A stretch of DNA of 41,255 nt. It comes from an uncultured Bacilli bacterium (GTDB lineage: Bacteria > Bacillota_I > Bacilli_A > RF39 > UBA660). Positions 18,920-28,146 of this stretch are shown one piece after another. The position numbers and the translations under genes are program-made. The stretch covers positions 1 through 41,255 of the forward strand of contig CALVRL010000003.1 in the NCBI GenBank assembly GCA_944358625.1. Reading direction: 5' to 3'. Position 1 is the stretch's first letter. The number at the start of each line of letters is the position of its first letter. A model generated the notes under the pieces. That model saw nothing but the letters and a program-made list of their open reading frames with translations, was not told the DNA's origin and ran no database searches.

Positions 18920-18948
18920 TATTATGTTCTTTTTTTATTTGTTTATGT
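18920..18948 (-). promoter_or_regulatory. SigG-like promoter of the ger operon
   Basis: Minus strand ACATA-N17-CATAATA; ger operons are SigG-dependent in Bacillus. Confidence 0.5.
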
Positions 18949-18970
18949 TATAAATTTTTGGTTGATTTTG

Positions 18971-19014
18971 ATGTGAAACTTTTTTAAATAAAAAGATAGA
19001 AAAAAGTTTCACAT
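18971..19014. repeat. Perfect 15-bp inverted repeat between divergent gerKA and rlmD
   Basis: ATGTGAAACTTTTTT-N14-AAAAAAGTTTCACAT. Confidence 0.85.
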
Positions 19015-19066
19015 TTTAATTTAAAATGTTATAATTGGGGAAAGTATACTATTATGGTGATTATTT

Positions 19067-20251
19067 ATGGAAGAAGTATTAATTAAATGTGATAGACTTG
19101 ATTATTTTGGTAGGGGTATTGGTTATGTAGATGGTAAGATTATCTTTGTAGCTAATTTACTTCCTTTAGAAGAAGCTTTAGTTAAAGTTATAATAAAAAA
19201 GAAAAAATATATGATAGGTGAGGTTATTAAATTTATTAAAAAATCTAGTGATAGGGTAATTCCTAGGTGCTCTTACGTTAACTGTGGATGTGCACTTCAA
19301 AGTTTAGATTATTTTAAAACTTTAGAATTTAAAAAAAATAAAGTTACTGATATTTTAAAAAGATATAGTGGTTTAGATAATGTTGTTAGTGATATTTTTT
19401 ATGGTGATAAGTTTTATGGATATAGAAATAAAATTAGTTTAAAGGTAAAAAGTGGGGAATTGGGTTATTTTAAAAATGGTTCTAATGAATTAATTCCTAT
19501 TAGTGGATGCGCTCTTGCGAGTGATAAAACTAATGAGATAATTAGTATTTTGAATAAAGCTGATTTATCTTCTGTTTCTAGCATTGTTATTAAAGATTTT
19601 GGTGATATTTTAATTGATATCAAGGGAAATATGGATATTAGTTCACTTAAGGATTTTGCTTACTCTATTTATATGGATGATAAACTTGTCTATGGTGAGG
19701 AAAATCTTTTGGCTAGTCTTGGTGATTTTAAGTTTTATGTTTCTAAAGATTCTTTTTTTCAGGTTAATAGTGATGTTACTTTAATGCTTTATAATAAAAT
19801 TATAGAGTTTCTTGGTGATAATAAGAATAAAACTATTTTAGATTTATATTGTGGTGTTGGTACTATAAGTTTATTTTTGAGTAAACATTTTAAGAGTGTT
19901 ATAGGTGCTGAAATTAATAGGGAGGCTATTAAATGTGCGAATTTGAATAAAAAATTAAATAATATTGATAATGTTAGTTTTATATGTGGGGATGCTTCTT
20001 TAGAACTTAAAAAATTAAAAGCTGATTTTCTTGTAGTAGATCCTCCTAGAAGTGGGTTAACTTTGGATGGGATTAATGAAATTTTAAGGTTTAGCCCTGA
20101 AAAAATAGTTTATGTTTCTTGTGATCCGATGACTCTTGCTAGAGATTTGAATTATTTTAAGGATAAATATGATATTAAAGAGGTTAATTTGTTTGATATG
20201 TTTCCTTGGACTTATCATGTGGAAAGTTTAGTTTATTGTGTGAGAAAGTAG
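19067..20251 (+). CDS. rlmD: 23S rRNA (uracil-5-)-methyltransferase, RlmD/TrmA family
   Basis: TRAM domain, Cys cluster, SFFQVN, LDLYCGVG, VDPPRSG, YVSCDP, DMFPWTYHVE. Confidence 0.93.
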   Translation: MEEVLIKCDRLDYFGRGIGYVDGKIIFVANLLPLEEALVKVIIKKKKYMIGEVIKFIKKSSDRVIPRCSYVNCGCALQSLDYFKTLEFKKNKVTDILKRYSGLDNVVSDIFYGDKFYGYRNKISLKVKSGELGYFKNGSNELIPISGCALASDKTNEIISILNKADLSSVSSIVIKDFGDILIDIKGNMDISSLKDFAYSIYMDDKLVYGEENLLASLGDFKFYVSKDSFFQVNSDVTLMLYNKIIEFLGDNKNKTILDLYCGVGTISLFLSKHFKSVIGAEINREAIKCANLNKKLNNIDNVSFICGDASLELKKLKADFLVVDPPRSGLTLDGINEILRFSPEKIVYVSCDPMTLARDLNYFKDKYDIKEVNLFDMFPWTYHVESLVYCVRK

Positions 20252-20255
20252 TAAA

Positions 20256-21032
20256 TTGAAAACAAAAATTTTGGATGGTGATATTATGGATAATAAAGAA
20301 AAATTATGCGTTTTAAATAAAAAAGGACTAAGAAATATTTTTATTATAATATTAGCCTTTATTTTAATATTTTTGTTTAAGGTTATTTCTTTTGGCTACG
20401 ATGTTAAACATATGAAATATACTTTTTACGATGATAAATTTATTAATTTAGGTGTTCCAAAGTTTTCATTTTTAATGCAGAATAATGATGAAAATTATTC
20501 TTTTAAAAGTTTTAGGAGTAAAGGTGTTTTAGAAAAAGAGGTTAAAAAATATTTGAATACTTTAGAAGATTTGAGTTGTAATAATACTATTTACTATTAT
20601 GATGAAGATTCTGATATAACGATTATTGATTATTCTATTATAAGTAATCCGATTTACTCTACTATTTCTTATTCTCTTAAAAATGGTAATTACTGTGATA
20701 ATTTTAAGATAAAAGAATATGGTGATGTTCTTGGAAGTTTAAATGGTGTTAGATATATAGAAAATAATGATATTTATATTTCATTTATACCTTCTTATAT
20801 TGATAATATGTTTGTTTCTAATTTAAAAGCGATTAGAAAAAGTGATAACATAGTTTTAGAAGATTCTAGCGGAAGTTTTGAGATAAAAAATAATGAATTA
20901 ATCTATTTTAGAGAAAATATGTATGAAGAAAACATTAATATTCCTAAGAAATCTATATTTAAAATTAAAGATAATAAACTTATTTTGAAAGATAATTACT
21001 TTTCTGATTATATAGATGAGGTTATTTTGTGA
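20256..21032 (+). CDS. Hypothetical membrane-anchored protein
   Basis: One N-terminal TM helix then a Y/N-rich extracellular domain; likely start ATG 20286. Confidence 0.7.
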   Translation: MKTKILDGDIMDNKEKLCVLNKKGLRNIFIIILAFILIFLFKVISFGYDVKHMKYTFYDDKFINLGVPKFSFLMQNNDENYSFKSFRSKGVLEKEVKKYLNTLEDLSCNNTIYYYDEDSDITIIDYSIISNPIYSTISYSLKNGNYCDNFKIKEYGDVLGSLNGVRYIENNDIYISFIPSYIDNMFVSNLKAIRKSDNIVLEDSSGSFEIKNNELIYFRENMYEENINIPKKSIFKIKDNKLILKDNYFSDYIDEVIL

Positions 21033-22131
21033 GGCGCTTATGAAGAAATTTTTAAAACGTTTTAGAAAAAATATTTTTGCTTATAATTTTATTTTTATAT
21101 TTGTATTTTTATTTATTTGTTTTATTTTATCTTTGTTTAATATTAGGTTTATGTCTTGGTTTATAATTTTAATGATTATTATTTTTGTGATTATTTTTAT
21201 TCTTGGTATGATTCAAATTATACGTAGGGAATCTAAAATAGTTAAAATTGTTAGTATTGTTTTAACTTCATCGTTTATAATGCTTTGTTTGATATTTCAT
21301 GATGTTATTATTTTTATATTTGCTTTTACTTACAGACCTGAACACATTACTAATTTAGATGGTAAGACATATGTGGCTTCTGTTAGAATGGGATTACTTG
21401 ATACTGATGTTTTTTACTATGATTATTATTTTCCGTTTTTTATGGGGACTAAGGAAAGGGTAATTGGCGATTTTGGTGATGGTAGTTTTGATCCTTTTGT
21501 TAGTCATGATTCTATTAACAATATTAGATATACTTTTTATGATGATAATGGGAAAATAATTTATGAAAAAACTGAAAATTATTCTAAAGATAAAAATGGT
21601 GATATTAAATTGGATAGTGAAAGTAACAGTGATAGGACTTTAATAAAAGAACCTACTATTGATGATAATGTTTTATATGAAGTTAAATTTGGTAAAAATG
21701 TTTTAAGGGTTAGAAAAACTGATTCAGTTCTTGCTGGAAATATGGTTATAGGTGTTTATTTAAGCACTGATAGTGGTAAAAAATTTAAACTTGTAACTAC
21801 AGATGATGTTATTGTTAGTTTGGAGGCTAAATTTAAATTTTTGGATAAGGATAAAGGGTTTATAATTTCTACTGGTGATATTCGGTTTAATGAAGATAGT
21901 AAAGATTTACTTGTGACTAGTGATGGGGGAAAAACTTTTCAAAATGCGAAATTTAATTATAAAAGTGATAGTGCGGAATATATGAGTATTACCAGTTATC
22001 CTTATTTTGAGAATGAAGTTTATAATTTGAACTGTGAAGTTTATACTTTGAACGATAAACGTAATGGTTATGAAAATAAGAAATTACATTTTGTGAGCAA
22101 TGATGGGGTTGTTTGGAGTTTAGAAAAATAA
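21016..22131 (+). CDS. Membrane protein with extracellular Asp-box (BNR) repeats
   Basis: Three N-terminal TM helices; STDSGKKF, TSDGGKTF, SNDGVVW Asp-box-like motifs; likely start ATG 21040. Confidence 0.7.
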   Translation: MRLFCEALMKKFLKRFRKNIFAYNFIFIFVFLFICFILSLFNIRFMSWFIILMIIIFVIIFILGMIQIIRRESKIVKIVSIVLTSSFIMLCLIFHDVIIFIFAFTYRPEHITNLDGKTYVASVRMGLLDTDVFYYDYYFPFFMGTKERVIGDFGDGSFDPFVSHDSINNIRYTFYDDNGKIIYEKTENYSKDKNGDIKLDSESNSDRTLIKEPTIDDNVLYEVKFGKNVLRVRKTDSVLAGNMVIGVYLSTDSGKKFKLVTTDDVIVSLEAKFKFLDKDKGFIISTGDIRFNEDSKDLLVTSDGGKTFQNAKFNYKSDSAEYMSITSYPYFENEVYNLNCEVYTLNDKRNGYENKKLHFVSNDGVVWSLEK

Positions 22132-22175
22132 AATGATATAATTTGTAGTTTGTTTTGATTAGAAGGTGAAGGGTT

Positions 22176-22421
22176 ATGTATAAAATTTTAGATGATAAAA
22201 TAATTTATATTTTTAATGATAATATTATTGGTGAAGTTTGTTTTGAGATAAATGGTAATAGGGCTTTGATTTATCATACTTATGTTGATAGTAATTATAG
22301 GGGCATGGGTATTGCTTCTGCTTTGATGAAAAAGGCATTTGAATATTTGGAAAAGAATTATATAGTTGAATGTTCGTGCTCTTATGCGAAAACTTGGGCT
22401 ATTAAGCATGGAAAACTGTAA
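22176..22421 (+). CDS. Small GNAT acetyltransferase (YjdJ/Acetyltransf_CG-like)
   Basis: HTYVDSNYRGMGIA acetyl-CoA motif and CSYA. Confidence 0.9.
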   Translation: MYKILDDKIIYIFNDNIIGEVCFEINGNRALIYHTYVDSNYRGMGIASALMKKAFEYLEKNYIVECSCSYAKTWAIKHGKL

Positions 22422-22491
22422 GTTTTTAACTTATGGTTTTTATTTTAGCTATTTTTTGTTATACTATTTATAGTAGTGAGATGATAGATGT

Positions 22492-23967
22492 ATGAAACAA
22501 ATTGTAAATAGTATATTGGGTTTTGCGATAGGCGATGCGATGGGTGTACCTAATGAGTTTAAAAAAAGAGATGAACTTTTGAAAAATCCTGTAACTGATA
22601 TGACGGGTAATGGAACTTATGATGTGCCTTTGGGTGTTTGGTCTGATGATACTTCTATGGTTTTGGCCACTATTGATTCTTTGGTTAGTTTACATCAAAT
22701 TGATTATGAGGATATTATGAAAAGATTTTGTGAGTGGATAAATGATTCTAAGTATACTTCTACAGGTTTAGTTTTTGATATTGGTATTAATACTAAAGAG
22801 AGTATTTTAAAATATTATATTGATAAAATAGAACCTATATCTTGTGGCGGGGCTTCTATTAATAATAATGGTAATGGCTCACTTATGAGAATGATTCCTA
22901 TTGCTTTATATACTTATTATGAGGATACTTTGGGTGATAAACTTTTGGATATTGTTAAGAATTCTTCTTCTTTGACGCATGCTCATGAATATAGTATTAT
23001 GGGATGTTATATATTTGTAAAATATGTTCACTTTTTACTTTCTGGTCTTGATAAATTTAAAGCTTATGAAAAGGTTAAGAGTTTGAATTATTATAAATTT
23101 AGTGAAAATGCTAGAAGGGTATATAAGAGATTTTTGACCACTGATATTTATAAACTTGATATTGATTACATTAGGTCTACGGGTTATGTTGTGGATACTT
23201 TGGAAGCGGTTATTTGGACATTTTTAAATGCTAATTCTTTTGATGAGAGTATTATTGGTGCTATTAATTTGGGTGATGATACTGATACTATTGGTGCTTT
23301 GACTGGTTGTTTGGCTGGACTTATATATGGTATTAATGAAAATTGGCTTAATCAAATTAAAAATAAAGAATTCTTGATTAGTTTAGCTAATTCTTTTGAT
23401 GAGGAACTTAGGCTTAATATTTTAAAGTATGATGAAGTTTTGTTTGATAGGTATGGTATTGTTAGTGGTAATGATAATGTGTTTTTGATTAAAACTGAAG
23501 TTAATTCTTCTATTTATGGTATGCAAAATAGATATTTGAAAATTGCTAAAAGGGTGCATTTTGAATATGGTTATACGGTTATTGTAGCTATAAATTCTTC
23601 TGATGTTGGTTTGAATGATGATTTTGATAATTTGAAAGATTATTTAAAGGGTGATATTTATTTGATGGGTATTTCTAATGGGGCGGCGCAAGCAATACAA
23701 AATAAATATGATAATGTTAAAGGTATGCTTTTGGTTAATACGCCTTTGATGATAAATTTGCACAAAACTAAAGAGGGAATTTTAAATTATAAAGGTAAGC
23801 TTATTTTTGTATATGGTAGTAAAGATCCTTCTTTTAATTATTTACCTCTGATTCAAGATTTTAGAAATATTAAAGTCGTTATAATTGCTGGGCAGGATCA
23901 TAATTTTAGTAATGGTGATGAGTTTTTATATTTACCTGAAAAATATTTGTTTGGTGATGTGAAATGA
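22492..23967 (+). CDS. ADP-ribosylglycohydrolase fused to a C-terminal alpha/beta-hydrolase
   Basis: GDAMGVP.E, WSDDT, GNGSLMR, LTHAH, NLGDDTDT (ARH); then GISNG, YGSKD, QDHNF (Ser-Asp-His). Confidence 0.88.
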   Translation: MKQIVNSILGFAIGDAMGVPNEFKKRDELLKNPVTDMTGNGTYDVPLGVWSDDTSMVLATIDSLVSLHQIDYEDIMKRFCEWINDSKYTSTGLVFDIGINTKESILKYYIDKIEPISCGGASINNNGNGSLMRMIPIALYTYYEDTLGDKLLDIVKNSSSLTHAHEYSIMGCYIFVKYVHFLLSGLDKFKAYEKVKSLNYYKFSENARRVYKRFLTTDIYKLDIDYIRSTGYVVDTLEAVIWTFLNANSFDESIIGAINLGDDTDTIGALTGCLAGLIYGINENWLNQIKNKEFLISLANSFDEELRLNILKYDEVLFDRYGIVSGNDNVFLIKTEVNSSIYGMQNRYLKIAKRVHFEYGYTVIVAINSSDVGLNDDFDNLKDYLKGDIYLMGISNGAAQAIQNKYDNVKGMLLVNTPLMINLHKTKEGILNYKGKLIFVYGSKDPSFNYLPLIQDFRNIKVVIIAGQDHNFSNGDEFLYLPEKYLFGDVK

Positions 23968-24368
23968 AAGTTTTAACTATAAAGCAGCCATATGCTTCTT
24001 TGATTATGGCTGGGATAAAAAAATATGAATTTAGGACTTGGAAGACTAGTTATAGGGGTGAGGTTTTAATTCATTCTTCTAAAACTTTAGATAAAAAAGC
24101 TATGAAAGAATTTAATTATGATTTGGATTATCCTTTAGGCTTTATTATTGGTAAGGTAGATATTACTGATGTGATTAAGGTTGATGATGATTTTAGGAAA
24201 GTGTTGGAAAAGGAAAATAGTTTTATTTATAATCATGTTATTAATGATAAATCTTTTGATGGTTATGCTTTTAAATTAGAAAATTTAGAACTTTTAAATC
24301 CTATTTATATTAATGGAAAATTAGGACTTTGGAATTACGATATAAACTATAATGATGAAAAATTATAG
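23964..24368 (+). CDS. ASCH domain protein
   Basis: LTIKQPYASLI..GIKKYEFR.W...YRG.VLIH, GKLGLW; ATGA overlap with upstream gene. Confidence 0.93.
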   Translation: MKVLTIKQPYASLIMAGIKKYEFRTWKTSYRGEVLIHSSKTLDKKAMKEFNYDLDYPLGFIIGKVDITDVIKVDDDFRKVLEKENSFIYNHVINDKSFDGYAFKLENLELLNPIYINGKLGLWNYDINYNDEKL

Positions 24369-24380
24369 TTTTTTTATAAA

Positions 24381-24416
24381 AAAAGAGGATTTTAAGAAAA
24401 AAAATCGTATCTTAAT
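24381..24416 (+). promoter_or_regulatory. Candidate alternative-sigma promoter of the Rpn gene
   Basis: AAAAGAGGA-N16-CGTATCTTAAT, matching 352-387. Confidence 0.45.
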
Positions 24417-24446
24417 ATATGAAAGGGGCTTAGATAGGAGGGAGTT

Positions 24447-25382
24447 ATGACTTTAGAATTAACTAAAGAATATTTTGAAGATTTGGATAGTAAGCTTACT
24501 TTAATTCCTTTAAGCTATGATAGGGCTTTTAAATGTGTTTTTAAATTAAATTTAGATTTATTAAGAAAGTTTTTAAATGAGATTCTTCCAATTAAAATAA
24601 CTGACGAAAATAAAATAACTTTATTAGATGGTGAACTACCTATTTCAAATAAGAAAGAAAGACAAAAAATTGTAGATATATTTGTGGTTATAAATGAAAA
24701 TATATTTATAGATATAGAGATAAATAGGAGTAAATTCAAAGATGTTTATGAGAGAAATAAACAATATTTAGATAAGGTTTCTAATTTATTATTTGAAAAA
24801 GGGGAAGATATAAAAGATTTAAAAAATAGAAAGATATATCAAATTAATATTAATGCGCATCATAATGAAGATATAACAGATGATATTATCGTATCTTATG
24901 GACTTATAACAAAACAGGTATATCCATCTTTAGGCCAAATGATAGTAAAAGGACTTGAAAGATATAGGCAAAAGTATTACAATGGTGATGTAACAAAAAG
25001 TGTGATATGGCTTACTATATTAACAGCAAGGACATTTACAGAGATGTATGATTTAGTGAGCAAGGTACTTGATAAAAATGAGGTTCAAAGGCTAATGGAG
25101 GCGGTAGTAGATATGTGCAGGGATGGATTTATATTACATGAATGGCAGAAAGATAAGATGGATGCGTTAGTTAAATATAATGAGATAGAAAATGCAACTA
25201 ATGAGGGAAAGGCTCTTGGAATAGCTGAGGGAAAAACCCTTGGAATAGCCGAAGGAATTAAACAAAATAAATTTGAAATAGCTAAAAACATGTTAAAAAA
25301 GAATATGTCTTTAGAAGATATTTCAGAAATAACGGGCTTAACTATCTATGATATTAAAAAAATAAAAAACAAAGAGGTATGA
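24447..25382 (+). CDS. Rpn/PD-(D/E)XK_2 family nuclease ('putative transposase')
   Basis: YDRAFKCVF, VDIFV..IDIEIN core; EGKALGIA-EGKTLGIA-EG repeats; IAKNMLKKNMSLEDISEITGL tail. Confidence 0.88.
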   Translation: MTLELTKEYFEDLDSKLTLIPLSYDRAFKCVFKLNLDLLRKFLNEILPIKITDENKITLLDGELPISNKKERQKIVDIFVVINENIFIDIEINRSKFKDVYERNKQYLDKVSNLLFEKGEDIKDLKNRKIYQININAHHNEDITDDIIVSYGLITKQVYPSLGQMIVKGLERYRQKYYNGDVTKSVIWLTILTARTFTEMYDLVSKVLDKNEVQRLMEAVVDMCRDGFILHEWQKDKMDALVKYNEIENATNEGKALGIAEGKTLGIAEGIKQNKFEIAKNMLKKNMSLEDISEITGLTIYDIKKIKNKEV

Positions 25383-25384
25383 TT

Positions 25385-26366
25385 TTATCTCTTTGTTTTT
25401 ACATTTCTATTTATAAGTTTTATATTTGGGTGTGATATTAAAAATTTAATTAGTGGATTTTTGTTTAAAATATTTTCGAATTTTTGTATTTTATTTTTAT
25501 CTTTACTTCTTTTTATTATATTATAAAGTTTTAATTGTGTTTTGATAGATGTAGCTAGATTATAAATTGGTATACTTGTCATAGCTAAATTGTTTAAGTT
25601 ATTCATTATTTCAAAAAATTCTTCTTTTGTGCCATATTTACAAAATACTTGAAATAGTGTTTCGATGTCACTATGGAAATAGGCGCTTTCCATTTCATTT
25701 TCGCTTTCAAAAAATGTTTCAATTAATCTGGCAATTTGAACGTTATGATAATATGCGATAGATTTACTATTAAAAATTCTGTGATTTAAAAGCTCTGTAT
25801 ATCCCTCATTTATTCCTATTCCTAGGGTTTTGTTAAATTTTGTATATACTTGAAATCCATAGTTATATTTGTCTATACTTGAAGTCATGTGAAGAAATTC
25901 ATGGGATAATGCATATTTTTGATTAAAAAATATTTCTATTTCATTATTTGGTGTATTATATCTTCCAGCAGCTATTTTTACATTTAATAAATTTTTATGT
26001 ATTTTTCTAAATATTCATAAAAATTAACTTTTATAAAGGAAATAGTTTTTAAATTTTTTAGACATGTTATAAAGTTTTCTGGTGTTACATAATTTTTAAA
26101 TTTGTTAATAATTTCTGTTAATTCTTTTGGATAGTTACTTTCTTTAAATATTTCGTTTAGTTTTTTAATGATTCTTTATCTAATTTGGCGTATATAGCTT
26201 TATAGTTTGATTTTTGTTCGTTTTATATGGATTTATATATAGCAAAGTTTCTTTTTTTATTTTGTTTTTTAATATTTAAACTACGGGCTATATTGGCTGT
26301 TATTATTATGATATATCCATTTAAAATTGTTGGAATAGAATTTAAAGTTAAATCTGTTAAAAACAT
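25385..26366 (-). pseudogene. Zinc metallopeptidase (gluzincin-like) gene with several frameshifts
   Basis: The frame of ORF 25385-25888 continues upstream as ...AAGRYN...ALSHEFLH-MTS, followed by INEGYTE. Further coding segments in other frames run back to ATG 26366, with breaks at or near poly-A runs. Confidence 0.7.
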
Positions 26367-26367
26367 A

Positions 26368-27237
26368 TTATTCACTTCCTTTGACTAATCTATATACGTT
26401 ATATGATGGGGTATTAAAGAGTCTAAAATTAAAGTTTGATACTCCTAAACCGTTAGATATATATAGATCTTTGTTTTCTATTTTATAGTGGCTTTCGTGA
26501 TATTTTTTCGCACCATCTGGTAAGAATATGGGTCCTATAAGTGGCAGTCTTACTTGACCTGCGTGTGAATGACCGGCCAAAATTAAATCGAATGGATTAT
26601 TTGTAATTTCATCTACTGTATCTGGTTCATGTATTAATAGTATTTTATAAATTGGTCCATTTTTTTCAAATGAATTTAAATATTCTATTGGTGTTTTTAA
26701 TTTTTCGTTTACGTTTAATTTATCTTTTTCGGTACTTAATCCTGTTATAAAAATGCTTTCGTATCCATTTTTGTATATTTCATCATAGCTATTATTTAAG
26801 TTTATAAAATTAGCTCCTGATATGATGTTTGTCCATTCATCAAAATTTAAATCGTTATTACCTGTTATGGCATATTTTCCGGCTTTTGTTTCTAGTTTAC
26901 TTAATGAATTACTTATTTTGCTGGATAATTCGCTTGTCATTTTAGTATCTTTATCAATTAAATCTCCTGTTAAAACTACAATATCTGGTTCTTGTTCGTT
27001 TATGCTTTTAACTAATTTATTTAAACTTTCTATATCAAAAACTCTACCAAAATGAATGTCTGTAATATGAACTATTTTAAAACCATCAAAATTATTTGGT
27101 AAGTTTTTAACTGCTATTTTATATTCTTTAACTTTGATTAATTTTGGTTCTATTAAAAAGCCGTATGCGACTATAAGGCTTATTATTAATATTATAAATA
27201 TAAAAAATTTTAAAAACGAAAAATGTCTTTCTTTCAT
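26368..27237 (-). CDS. Calcineurin-like metallophosphoesterase (YkuE-like)
   Basis: N-terminal TM; DIH, GDLID, GNND, HEPD, GHSHAGQ. Confidence 0.92.
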   Translation of the reverse strand: MKERHFSFLKFFIFIILIISLIVAYGFLIEPKLIKVKEYKIAVKNLPNNFDGFKIVHITDIHFGRVFDIESLNKLVKSINEQEPDIVVLTGDLIDKDTKMTSELSSKISNSLSKLETKAGKYAITGNNDLNFDEWTNIISGANFINLNNSYDEIYKNGYESIFITGLSTEKDKLNVNEKLKTPIEYLNSFEKNGPIYKILLIHEPDTVDEITNNPFDLILAGHSHAGQVRLPLIGPIFLPDGAKKYHESHYKIENKDLYISNGLGVSNFNFRLFNTPSYNVYRLVKGSE

Positions 27238-27286
27238 ATTTTCACCTATATTAATTTTAACACATTTAAAAAAAAGACAAAAGTCT

Positions 27287-27988
27287 TTATGAAAAAATGA
27301 GTAAAAATGTCTGCATGGATAATATTAACCCGTTATGCATAAAGTGAAATCCCATTGAGACAAATATATTGTTTGTTTTTTTAAGCATATAGGCAAATGC
27401 AATACCACAGCTACAGTATGATAATAGATAAAGTGGTAAAAGTTCGTTTATTGGCGTTCCTATTAGGTGAAGTGAGCCGAAAACTAAACTTGATACGGTA
27501 ATATATAAAAAATCATTTTTAAATATAGCTCTGAAGGCTAATCTGAAAACACTTTCTTCTAATAGTGGGGCTAAAATAACAGCTGATATAAATATATATA
27601 TTGGAAATACGGTAAATTCATTTCTTATCGTAGTTTCGTTAGTAGAAGTTCCTCCTCCTAATATATTTATTAACATATTTGATGCCATCATTACTATTAG
27701 ACCTATAATATAGTATTTTAAGTTGTCTTTAAAATAGGTATAGTGTTTTTTCTTTATATCATTAAATGCATCTTTAATTTCTTTATCAAATATAGTAAAG
27801 ATAACTGTAATCATCAATATTTCTACTGCAAGATTATACATTATGGAAATGTGACTTGGTAGGTTTGCTGTATTTATGTGCATAAGTATAAATGGTATAT
27901 CTTTAAATAGACTTACAAAAAAATATAAGAATATGATGGAAATACCTTTAATTATGTATTTTAATTCATTTTTATTTCTTGTTATCAT
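27287..27988 (-). CDS. CPBP/Abi family intramembrane protease
   Basis: APLLEESVFR, FGSLH, HFMHN motifs; multiple TM helices. Confidence 0.92.
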   Translation of the reverse strand: MITRNKNELKYIIKGISIIFLYFFVSLFKDIPFILMHINTANLPSHISIMYNLAVEILMITVIFTIFDKEIKDAFNDIKKKHYTYFKDNLKYYIIGLIVMMASNMLINILGGGTSTNETTIRNEFTVFPIYIFISAVILAPLLEESVFRLAFRAIFKNDFLYITVSSLVFGSLHLIGTPINELLPLYLLSYCSCGIAFAYMLKKTNNIFVSMGFHFMHNGLILSMQTFLLIFS

Positions 27989-28099
27989 TTTATCACCAAA
28001 TATATTTTATCATTAAAAGGGGAAAAAAGATATATAATGTTTGGAAAAAAGTGTGTTAAAAGATAGTAAAATGTGATATAATCTTTGTAGACGTGCAGA

Positions 28100-28123
28100 A
28101 AAGAGTGGGCTATCCCACTCTTT
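28100..28123 (+). promoter_or_regulatory. rimP-leader-like hairpin
   Basis: AAAGAGTGGG-CTAT-CCCACTCTTT between a TG-TATAAT promoter and the rimP RBS. Confidence 0.7.
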
Positions 28124-28146
28124 AATGTAGTTTTAGGAGGTACTAG

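Noticed and set aside
24447-25382. Calling the Rpn gene an IS element
   Set aside because: No terminal inverted repeats or target duplication seen; the family's 'transposase' label is not evidence of mobility.
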